Source: an uncultured Acidobacteriota bacterium
Lineage (GTDB): Bacteria > Acidobacteriota > Thermoanaerobaculia > UBA5066
Length of the DNA: 64,000 bases
Direction of reading: 5' to 3'
Assembly (NCBI GenBank): GCA_963779415.1
Contig: CAVZYA010000002.1
Coordinates: forward strand, 800,001-864,000
Shown piece by piece: positions 32,592-41,112 of the stretch (the first letter of the stretch is position 1; each line of letters opens with the position of its first letter). The notes beneath the pieces were generated by a model, which was given only the letters and a program-made list of their open reading frames with translations, did not search any database and had not been told where the DNA came from. A program made the translations under genes and the position numbers.

Positions 32592-33540
32592 GTGAGGCGC
32601 GACGGGGCGACCGAGGATCTGGCCGGGGGAGTCCTCGCGGGACGGATCCCCGCCGTCGCCCGCGCCATCTCGTGGGCCGAGGGGAGCGATCCGCGCTTTC
32701 CGGAGCTGCTCGCACGGCTCTTCCCTTCGGCTGGCCGCGCGCGCGTCACCGGACTCACCGGCTCTCCCGGGGCGGGGAAGTCGACGCTGACCGCGGCACT
32801 TGCGCGGCGCTTCCGCGCCGAGGGGACGCCGCGTCGGGATCGTCGCCGTCGACCCGTCGTCTCCCTTCAGCGGCGGGGCGATCCTCGGCGACCGGATCCG
32901 GATGCAGGACCTCTACACCGACCCGGGGGTCCTGATCCGCTCGATGGCGACGCGCGGCCATCTCGGCGGCCTCGCCCGCGCGACGGCCGACGCCGTCGAC
33001 GTCCTCGACGCCGCGGGCTACGACGAAGTCCTCGTGGAGACGGTCGGCGTGGGGCAGGACGAGGTGGAGGTCTTCCGTCTCGCCGAGTCGTGCGTCGTCG
33101 TCCTGACGCCCGGGATGGGGGACGACATCCAGGCCATCAAGGCGGGCCTGATGGAGGTCGCGGACCTCTTCGTCGTCAACAAGGCCGACCGCGACGGGGC
33201 CGACCGCGTCGTCCAGGAGATCCTCCAGATGCTCGAGCTGGGGGAGCACGGCGCGTGGCTCCCCCCGATCGTGAAGACCGTCGCGACGAAGGGGGAGGGG
33301 CTCGACGGGCTCGAAGCGAAGCTGCGCGAGCATCGGGCATACCTCGACGGGCCCGACGGCGCCGCGCGCCGCCGCGCCCGGACGAAGATGCGGATCGAGG
33401 GACTCCTCGAGAGAAGAAATCCTCCGAAGGGTAGAGACGCTGGCGGGCGACGGAGGGGCGCTCGACGAGAGGGCCGCGCGCGTCGAAGCGAGGATGGAGG
33501 ATCCCATTTCGGCTGCGCGACATCTGGCCGGCCGGCTGAA
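32592..33540 (+). CDS. meaB: Methylmalonyl-CoA mutase-associated GTPase (frameshifted; probably fused to the downstream epimerase)
   Basis: GLTGSPGAGKST, VDPSSPFSGGAILGDRIRM, ETVGVGQ, GDDIQAIKAG, VNKAD. Confidence 0.9.
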
Positions 33541-33599
33541 GCACGAGATCGGCGGTGCGGAAGCGCATTCACCTTCTAAGAAGACCCCCGGCGGCCTCC

Positions 33600-34014
33600 C
33601 CGGTCTCGTCTCCCGGATCTCGCACCTCGGCATCGCCGTGAATTCGATCGCCGGCGGGGGCGCCGTCTGGGACCTTCTCGGCCTTCTCGAGGAGCACCGC
33701 GAGGTCGTCGAGTCCCAGAAGGTCGCAACCTCGTTCCGGAGCGGTCGGGGAGTCGCATCTCGAGCTTCTCGAGCCGACCTCACCCGAGAGCCCCATCGCG
33801 AAATTCCTCGAGAAGAAGGGGCCGGGGATTCACCATCTCTGCCTCGAGGTGGCCGACATCGACGCGGCGCTCGCGACGCTCAAGGCGGCCGGCGTGAAGC
33901 TCATCAACGAGGATCCCGATCGACGGCGCGCACGGCTGCCGCGTCGCCTTCGTCCACCCCTCCGCGACCGGCGGCATCCTCCTCGAGCTTTCCGAGAAGA
34001 AGAAGACGTCCTGA
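33600..34014 (+). CDS. mce: Methylmalonyl-CoA epimerase domain (frameshifted)
   Basis: ISHLGIAV, ELLEP...IAKFLEKKGPGIHHLCLEV, GAHGCRVAFVHP...GGILLEL across frames. Confidence 0.85.
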
Positions 34015-34049
34015 CCTTCCCTCCCGGCCCCTTTCGAAAGGAGCCTCGT

Positions 34050-34619
34050 GTGGCAGACGACGACGTGAAGGAGACACCGGGGCGCCTCCGGATCGAAGGG
34101 AAGATCGGTGCGGTGCGTCTCTTCGGCCTCCCGTTCCTCCTGGTCGGCCTCTGGTTCCTGATGCAGTTCCTCGGCGGAGCCCGGGACGTCCTCCGGGGAG
34201 AGGTCAATTTCGGCGACTCGGTGGCCGGACTCGCCGGCATCCTCCTCGTGGCCGTCCTCTTCGGCCTGACGGGCTTTTTGATCTTCTTCCTTCGCCGTCA
34301 TGCCGATCTCGACGCCGGGAAGCGGCTCGTCGAGGAGGTGAAGGACTTCCACCTGTCGAAGAGCGTCCGGTCGACACCCTTCTCCGAGTTCGGCGAAGTC
34401 CTCGTCCGCTGGGAGGAAAGCGGCGCCACCGGCGGACGGCCGCACGAGAAGACGATCTGGCTCGCCACGGTCCGTCTCGTCCGGACGGACGGAAAGGACC
34501 TCTTTCTCTTGCACGACACGAACGGCCTCGTCCTCCCTCGACCTCGCGCAGAAGGCCGCCGCGATCATGCAGCTCCCCCTCCGCGACGAGACGGCCGAGG
34601 CGGCGGGACGGAGGAGTGA
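34050..34619 (+). CDS. Hypothetical membrane protein (2 TM)
   Basis: AAGGAG RBS, two hydrophobic helices, host-like codon usage; probable 3' frameshift. Confidence 0.55.
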   Translation: MADDDVKETPGRLRIEGKIGAVRLFGLPFLLVGLWFLMQFLGGARDVLRGEVNFGDSVAGLAGILLVAVLFGLTGFLIFFLRRHADLDAGKRLVEEVKDFHLSKSVRSTPFSEFGEVLVRWEESGATGGRPHEKTIWLATVRLVRTDGKDLFLLHDTNGLVLPRPRAEGRRDHAAPPPRRDGRGGGTEE

Positions 34620-35040
34620 CAGGTCCGCAGGCACGATCTCCCTTCTGGCCGCGACCGAAAGGAATTGCGGGACTCCGCGGATTCCTCCCCTTCGTCGAAC
34701 GGCGTCGCGAAGCATTGGACGGAACCCGTCGGCATGCCGGTTTCGTCCGTTCCACTCGAAGACGATCACGTCGGCGCCCGACGGGTCCACAGGGACGTCT
34801 CCAGCACCCGGATGAAGAAATCGACCGGATCCTTCCGCCCGACGGGATCCTTCGTTCCGCACCCACGCCTCGTTCTCGACGTAGTCGTTGTTGCAGGACT
34901 GGATCAGGAGCGTCGAATGACGGGTGCGGTAGAGGCGCGGGAGGAACTTCAACTCGCGCACGGTCCCGAATTGGGCGAGTCCCGCGCTCAGCACGCGCTT
35001 TCCGGTCGCGGCGGCCAGGAGCGCGGCGAAGGCAATCCAT

Positions 35041-36669
35041 TTGCCGTCCGCGGAGCGGTGGAATAGGATCGAGTTTGGGCGGATGATCATCACAGCAGGT
35101 AGCGAAACGGCTCGGCTCCACGAGCAATTCGCGGGCTGCGGGCGGTGGTGCGCCGTTCTTCTGTTCCTCTTCCCTGCGGTTCTCTCTCGGCCGGCGTCCG
35201 GCGAAATTCGCGGCGGCTATCAAGTGATGCCGTCGGACCCGCCCGGAGGAATCAGTCAATTTTCGATTGTCGGTTGGGCTGTCTCACCATGCGGGAAGCC
35301 CGACTTGCACATTCTCCTCGACGGCAAGTCATACGCCGTGCTCGTGCCGAATTTGCGATTGCGGGAGATTCGCGACCGGTTCCCCGGACTTCCGGGGTCC
35401 GACTCCGCAGGCTTTTGGGCCTCGATCGATCCTGCCAGCCTCCCGTCGGGTCCTCACACGTTCGAAATCCGGGCAGTCGAGGCATCTTGCGGAGAAGTGA
35501 AGCTCGGCGAGATCCGATTCGTGGCCCGAGCGCCGATTCCGGCGGCAGCCGCTGTCCCCGCTCTCGCGATGCTCCTGTTCGTCGTTCCCTTCTTCCTGGC
35601 TCAGTGGCTCCCGCAGGAGAAGGATGGCCGAGCCCCGAGGATCCCCCTGCTTCCGGTCAGCGCATTGGTTCTCGCGGGCTTGGCATCGACGATCGTCCTC
35701 GCCGGGAGGTTCGGAGAGACCCTCGTTGCCGGGAAGCCCGGACTATTTTCGCCGCTCGGAAATTGGGACGGCGAAGAGTATCTTCAGATTGCCCGGTACG
35801 GATACGGCGGGCCCGGGAGCCATCAGGAGTGGGGGTGGCTCCCGCTGTTTCCGGCACTGCTCCGCTTGCTGACCGTCATCCCTTTTCCGCTCGCCCTTCT
35901 CGGCTCGATTTTCAACTTCAGTTGCGCCTTTGGCGCAGTCGCGCTCCTTCGGGATCTCTATCCGGACCGGACCAAGGGTGTCCTTTTTTACATCCTGTTC
36001 CCGTCTTCGATATTCTTCGTGGCCTGCTACTCCGAGGCGTCGTTCGTGCTTCTCGCAACAGGGGCTCTGGCGGCCGTCAAGAGGGGAAGGCCTTTCCCGG
36101 CGTCGCTTCTCGGGGCGCTTGCGGCTCTCACGCGACCCAGCGGGTTCCTCGTCGGTCTCTTTGCGCTCGAGTTCCTGCGCGCGCGGCGCTGGCGAGATTT
36201 CGTGATCACGGCTCTCGGCCCGGTCGCGGGACTCGGCTTCTGGTACGCGCTGCCGTCACGATGGACCGGGGATGCCGGAAAGTACCTGCAGATCCAGCAG
36301 GGCCTCGGGCGAGACCTCACGTTTCATCCGGGCCGTCTTCTCGTTGTGCTTCTGACGCCGATCGCCCATCCCGTATATGGGGACCTGACCGGACTTCTCG
36401 CGCTCCTCCTCGTTCTCGTCGGAGCCGCGGCGCTCCTTCGCCGAAGGCAATTTGCCGAAGGCCTCTTTTCGGCCTTCGTCGTGCTCTTCCCGTTTTTCAC
36501 GGGGGGTTTAACCTCAATGGCACGCTACGCCCTCGGCGCCTTCCCCGCCCTCGTTGTTCTCGGTAGCTCCGTGAAGAATCGCCCTCTTCTCTACGCTCTG
36601 TGGGCCCTCGAGCTGGGACTCGCCCTCTACTTCGCCCAGCGGTTCGGGAGGCACTGGTACGCCGGGTGA
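35041..36669 (+). CDS. GT-C mannosyltransferase-like (PIG-V/DUF2029-like) membrane protein with N-terminal soluble domain
   Basis: NWDGEEYLQIARYGY, PLFP, ACYSEASF, TRPSG, SMARY; start uncertain. Confidence 0.75.
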   Translation: MPSAERWNRIEFGRMIITAGSETARLHEQFAGCGRWCAVLLFLFPAVLSRPASGEIRGGYQVMPSDPPGGISQFSIVGWAVSPCGKPDLHILLDGKSYAVLVPNLRLREIRDRFPGLPGSDSAGFWASIDPASLPSGPHTFEIRAVEASCGEVKLGEIRFVARAPIPAAAAVPALAMLLFVVPFFLAQWLPQEKDGRAPRIPLLPVSALVLAGLASTIVLAGRFGETLVAGKPGLFSPLGNWDGEEYLQIARYGYGGPGSHQEWGWLPLFPALLRLLTVIPFPLALLGSIFNFSCAFGAVALLRDLYPDRTKGVLFYILFPSSIFFVACYSEASFVLLATGALAAVKRGRPFPASLLGALAALTRPSGFLVGLFALEFLRARRWRDFVITALGPVAGLGFWYALPSRWTGDAGKYLQIQQGLGRDLTFHPGRLLVVLLTPIAHPVYGDLTGLLALLLVLVGAAALLRRRQFAEGLFSAFVVLFPFFTGGLTSMARYALGAFPALVVLGSSVKNRPLLYALWALELGLALYFAQRFGRHWYAG

Positions 36670-36829
36670 GGAACCGGCACCGGAAAGGCCGGGCTTGACG
36701 CCGCGGAGGCTTCTATTACGGAAGCGCGATCCGGAGTTCACGGAAGTTCTGGGCGGAATCGATTCCAAGACGGCAAGCAAAGACGGGCTGAGGCTCTTTG
36801 CCGGGCTGGCGGACCGGACAGAGAGTCTC

Positions 36830-37120
36830 TGAACACTGGACACGAACTTGATCAAGAGTCCGGTAACCTCGTCGAGACCTCGAGACCAGCGAGGGAGGCC
36901 TTCCTCGAGCACGGCCGCGGTTTCGTCATTGTCGTCGAGGGCCGGGACGAGCCGCGCTGCCGACTACGGAGGACCAGATCATCGGGGTCTTGAAGGAGTC
37001 GGAGACCGGGGCGCCGACGAAGGCGTTGTGCCGGCGGCATGGGATCAGCGAGCAGAGCTTCTACCGCTGGAAGGCGAAGTACGGCGGGATGGACGTCAGC
37101 AACGCCAAGAAGCTGCGGGC
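36830..37120 (+). mobile_element. IS3-family (IS407-like) remnant: truncated orfA
   Basis: DQIIGVLKESETGAPTKALCRRHGISEQSFYRWKAKYGGMDVSNAKKLR at about 36972-37119; possible left end TGAACACTGGACAC at 36830; no orfB. Confidence 0.8.
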
Positions 37121-37456
37121 TCAGTTCGGCCGTGTCCCCTCGCCGGGAAGCGGGGGGCGCGCGAGGAAGGAGCGGACGTCGCGGCCGACGATGTCGAGGA
37201 AGCGCTCGGCGTAGCTCGCGACGCTTCCGACCCGCGCGTCCTCGAACATCTTCTCGACGCGGTGCATCGGGACGAAGAGGGTGGTGACTCCCAGCTCCCC
37301 CTCGTCGGTGCCGCGGTGCTGCCGCGCCCATTCGTCGAAGAGCGCCACGTCGATTCCGCGCAGGGTCACGCCCGCCGGTCCCATCGAGAGGAGAAGCCCC
37401 CAGTACTTCTCCTTCGGCTCGACGAGGTGGAGGAGAACGAGAGTGCCCGGGTCCAT
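37121..37456 (-). CDS. Hypothetical protein (111 aa)
   Basis: Host-like codon usage; directly downstream of 37462-38238. Confidence 0.65.
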   Translation of the reverse strand: MDPGTLVLLHLVEPKEKYWGLLLSMGPAGVTLRGIDVALFDEWARQHRGTDEGELGVTTLFVPMHRVEKMFEDARVGSVASYAERFLDIVGRDVRSFLARPPLPGEGTRPN

Positions 37457-37461
37457 TCCCG

Positions 37462-38238
37462 TCAGAAGATGACGCTGTCGACGAAGAACTTCGAGGGAGT
37501 GGTCCGTCCGGTGACGAGCGCCTCGGCGTCCTCGGGGGAGAGCTCGAACCGGCCGGCGGACTCGCCCGCCGAGGTGGCGAGGTACATGTCGACCTTGTCG
37601 AGCGACTTGCCGAGGGCGCGCGATTCCTTCAGCCCGCGGGCGGCGGCCGCGATGGCGCCGAAGACCTGCTGCTCGGTCTCGGTGATCACCTGAAGGCGCA
37701 CTCCCTGCGGGATGGTGACGAGGCGGACGCCGCGAATGCCGGCAGACTCGAAGGCCTGATTGAAGGTGTTCATCATCTGGAGGTCCATCGCTCCTCCGCC
37801 TCCGGAGTCGGCCGCCTTCAGGGCCGCGGCGAGGCGGGAGGAGGTGTCGGCGTCGCCCGGGGGGGCGTCCGGCTGCAGGGTCCTCATGATCTTCTTGTTC
37901 TTCTTGATGTAGTCCGAGAGAGACGGCCTCTTTCCCCCCGTATCGGGGATCACCTTCGGCTCGTTAGAAGAGTCGCTGAGAACGTACGCCCCGCCGAGCC
38001 CTTCCTGGTTGGCCTTCATGGTCCGGGTCTCGTCGTAGTCGGCGAGGGCCATCGACTGCTGGGCGCCGAGAGGCGTCCGGAAGACGAGCCGGTTCCCCTG
38101 GACGACGGGCTTCTCCCGGGCCGGGATCCGCTGCCCGTCCTTCGTGTAGATCACGTAGTCGGCGGCCAGGAGAGCCGCCGGGAGGAGAAGGAGGATCACG
38201 AGGGCGAGCCGTCTGAAGTGAGCCATGGGATTCCTCAT
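37462..38238 (-). CDS. Exported hypothetical protein
   Basis: Signal peptide (RRLALVILLLLPAALLA); 258 aa. Confidence 0.7.
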   Translation of the reverse strand: MRNPMAHFRRLALVILLLLPAALLAADYVIYTKDGQRIPAREKPVVQGNRLVFRTPLGAQQSMALADYDETRTMKANQEGLGGAYVLSDSSNEPKVIPDTGGKRPSLSDYIKKNKKIMRTLQPDAPPGDADTSSRLAAALKAADSGGGGAMDLQMMNTFNQAFESAGIRGVRLVTIPQGVRLQVITETEQQVFGAIAAAARGLKESRALGKSLDKVDMYLATSAGESAGRFELSPEDAEALVTGRTTPSKFFVDSVIF

Positions 38239-38285
38239 TTGAAGTATAAACGTCTGACTCCGGGGGGAGCCGGAGGGGAGGACCC

Positions 38286-39299
38286 TTGCTCATCGTCATG
38301 GACCGGTCGGCGACCGACGAGGACGTCGGCCGCGTCGTTCGCGCCGCCGAGCGCCTCGGGCTGAAGGCCCATCCGATTCCGGGCGCCCAGCGCACGGCCA
38401 TCGGGCTGACCGGGAACAAGGGCGAGATCGGCCCGGCGGCCTTCGAGAACCTTCCGGGGGTGAACGAGGTCATCCGGGTCTCCCACCCCTACAAGCTCGT
38501 CTCGAGGGAGTTTCACCCCGAGGACACGGTCGTCTCGATCGGCGGGGTGCCGATCGGCGGGAAGAAGCTCGCCGTGATGGCGGGTCCATGCGCCGTGGAG
38601 TCGCTCGACCAGACGATCTCCGTGGCGAAGGCCGTGAAGGAGGGCGGGGCTTCGATCCTCCGCGGCGGGGCTTTCAAGCCTCGGACCTCTCCCTACTCGT
38701 TCCAGGGGCTCGGGGAGGAAGGGCTCCGGATTCTCGACGCGGCGCGCCGGGCGACGGGCCTTCCCGTCGTGACCGAGGTCCTGGACACGGCGTCCGTCGA
38801 CCTCGTGGCCCGCTTCGCCGACGGGCTCCAGATCGGCGCGAGGAACATGCAGAACTTCGAGCTTTTGAAGATGGTGGGCCGGACGGGGAGGCCCGTGCTC
38901 CTCAAGCGCGGCATGTCGGCCACGCTCGAGGAGTTCCTCCTCGCCGCCGAGTACGTCATGGCCGAAGGGAACCCGAACGTGGTCCTCTGCGAGCGGGGCG
39001 TCCGCACCTTCGCCGACCACACCCGCAATACGCTCGACCTTTCCGTCGTCCCGGCCGTCGAGCGCCTCTCGCACCTGCCGATCATCGTCGACCCGTCGCA
39101 CGGGACCGGGCGGCGGGACAAGGTGACGCCGATGTCGTTCGCGGCGGTCGCGGCCGGGGCGGACGGCCTGATCATCGAAGTCCACACCAAGCCCGAGGAG
39201 GCGCTCTCCGACGGGCCGCAGGCGCTGACGCCGGCGCTCTTCCTCGACCTGATGGCGCGGCTCCGGCCGATCGCGGTGGCCGTGGGACGGAGCGTGTGA
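38286..39299 (+). CDS. aroF: DAHP synthase, class I-beta with N-terminal regulatory domain
   Basis: AGPCAVES, GAFKPRTSPYSFQG, QIGARNMQN, DPSHGTG, SDGPQ. Confidence 0.95.
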   Translation: MLIVMDRSATDEDVGRVVRAAERLGLKAHPIPGAQRTAIGLTGNKGEIGPAAFENLPGVNEVIRVSHPYKLVSREFHPEDTVVSIGGVPIGGKKLAVMAGPCAVESLDQTISVAKAVKEGGASILRGGAFKPRTSPYSFQGLGEEGLRILDAARRATGLPVVTEVLDTASVDLVARFADGLQIGARNMQNFELLKMVGRTGRPVLLKRGMSATLEEFLLAAEYVMAEGNPNVVLCERGVRTFADHTRNTLDLSVVPAVERLSHLPIIVDPSHGTGRRDKVTPMSFAAVAAGADGLIIEVHTKPEEALSDGPQALTPALFLDLMARLRPIAVAVGRSV

Positions 39300-40390
39300 A
39301 GCCGGCGGCGCTCGTTCTCGAGGACGGCCGGCGCTTCGTCGGCCGAAACGTCGGGGCGGACGGGACGACGTTCGGCGAGGTCGTCTTCAACACGGGGATG
39401 GCGGGGTACCAGGAGACGCTCACCGACCCGTCGTACCGCGGACAGATCGTCGTCATGACGGCCTCGCACATCGGCAACTACGGCCTGAACGACGAGGACG
39501 TGGAGTCGGAGGGGATCCAGGTCTCGGGCTTCGCCGCACGCCACTTCCCGGACCGCTTCTCCTCCGTGCGGGGAAAGCGGACGATCGCCGAGAGCCTCGC
39601 GGCGGCGAAGATCGTCGGGATCGACGGACTCGACACGCGCGCCCTCGTCCGGCACCTCCGGACGGGGGGGGTCATGCGCGGAGCGATCTCGACCCAGAGC
39701 GTCTCGGACGCCGCCTCCGACGCCCTCGTCGAGGAGATCCGCAGGCAGCCGACGATGGCCGGCGCGGCCCTCGCCCTCACCGTCGGGACGAAGGCGCGGT
39801 ACGAGTGGACGGCAGGGCTCCCGGCCGACGGCGAGCGGAAGCGGATCGCGGCGATCGACTACGGCGTGAAGCGGAACATCCTCCGGATGCTCGCGGCGCG
39901 CGGCCTTCGGCCGTCGGTCTTCCCGGCGGCGGCCAGGGCGGAGGAGCTTCTCTCGGGCGGGTTCGACGGCTTTTTCCTCTCGAACGGCCCCGGCGACCCG
40001 GAGGCCCTGCCGACCTGTGTCGAAACGGTGAAGGCGCTCGTCGCCTCGGGGAAGCCGCTCTTCGGCATCTGCCTCGGGCACCAGCTCCTCGGCCTCGCCC
40101 TCGGCGGGACGACCTTCAAGCTCAAGTTCGGGCACCGCGGCGCGAACCACCCCGTCCGGAACCTCCTCGACGGGACCGTGGCCATCACCTCGCAGAACCA
40201 CGGCTTCGCCGTCGCGACCGATTCGCTCCCGTCGCACGTCGAGCCGACGCACGTGAACCTGAACGACGGGACGTGCGAGGGCTTCCGCGTGAAGGACGCC
40301 CCGGTCTTCGCCGTGCAGTACCACCCGGAATCGGCGCCCGGGCCCCACGACTCGGCCGTCCTCTTCGACGATTTCGCGCGGCTTCTCTAG
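39296..40390 (+). CDS. carA: Carbamoyl-phosphate synthase small subunit
   Basis: GEVVFNTGMAGYQE, SNGPGDP, GICLGHQ, SQNHGF, QYHPE; GTGA overlap with aroF. Confidence 0.95.
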   Translation: MKPAALVLEDGRRFVGRNVGADGTTFGEVVFNTGMAGYQETLTDPSYRGQIVVMTASHIGNYGLNDEDVESEGIQVSGFAARHFPDRFSSVRGKRTIAESLAAAKIVGIDGLDTRALVRHLRTGGVMRGAISTQSVSDAASDALVEEIRRQPTMAGAALALTVGTKARYEWTAGLPADGERKRIAAIDYGVKRNILRMLAARGLRPSVFPAAARAEELLSGGFDGFFLSNGPGDPEALPTCVETVKALVASGKPLFGICLGHQLLGLALGGTTFKLKFGHRGANHPVRNLLDGTVAITSQNHGFAVATDSLPSHVEPTHVNLNDGTCEGFRVKDAPVFAVQYHPESAPGPHDSAVLFDDFARLL

Positions 40391-40456
40391 GCGATCGGCC
40401 CTCCCAGGGGCTGGTACGATCTCCAGAATTCACGGCATGAAAAGGGGGGAGAGGGT

Positions 40457-40972
40457 ATGCGCGCTGGTAACGGGATCTCTTTCTTTCTCGGCGTCCTGAT
40501 CGCTCTCGCGGGGCTCGCGGCTCCGGCCGGCGCGGCGGACGGCACGGCGAAGGGGACGATGACCGTCGGCGGGAAGACGACCCCGCTCACGTACGCCTAT
40601 GCCTGGGCCGAACCGGGCTTCTTCGACAAGACGAAGGAGGACGTCCACGTCGTCCTTTCCGACGTTCCGCTTTCGTCGAAGGCGCTGGCGGACGAGTTCG
40701 AGCGGATCCACATGGCGGAGGCCGGGAAGCTCCATGCCATGGAGATCATCTTCGACGCCGACGCGAAGCCGATCTCGACGACGTTCCGATCCGACGGCTT
40801 CAAGGCCAGCCCGAGCGGCATGTCCTCCGAAGACGTCTTCGAGAAGAAGACATTCGACGGAAAGACGGTCGCGGGGCGATTCGCGAGCACGAAGCCGCAC
40901 GAGTTCTTCGACGTCGTCTTCTCCTTCGACGCCACCTTCGAGGTGCCGATCACCCGGAAGTGGAAGAACTGA
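40457..40972 (+). CDS. Exported hypothetical protein
   Basis: Signal peptide, 171 aa, host-like codon usage. Confidence 0.7.
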   Translation: MRAGNGISFFLGVLIALAGLAAPAGAADGTAKGTMTVGGKTTPLTYAYAWAEPGFFDKTKEDVHVVLSDVPLSSKALADEFERIHMAEAGKLHAMEIIFDADAKPISTTFRSDGFKASPSGMSSEDVFEKKTFDGKTVAGRFASTKPHEFFDVVFSFDATFEVPITRKWKN

Positions 40973-41074
40973 CGCCGGCAGCGGCGGGCTCGCGACCCCC
41001 GGGGCCGGAGCGGCGAGAAGCGCGAGGAACGGGACCAGGAGAGTGAACGGCCTGAAGGGCGTGCGTCCGGGCAT
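40973..41074 (-). pseudogene. Orphan 5' gene remnant (RBS plus signal peptide only)
   Basis: GGAAAGG..ATG, then MPGRTPFRPFTLLVPFLALLAAPAPGVASPPLP, running into the stop of the convergent gene. Confidence 0.5.
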
Positions 41075-41112
41075 CGTCGTCCTTTCCGCGCCTCCCGCCG
41101 AATTCGAAACGA

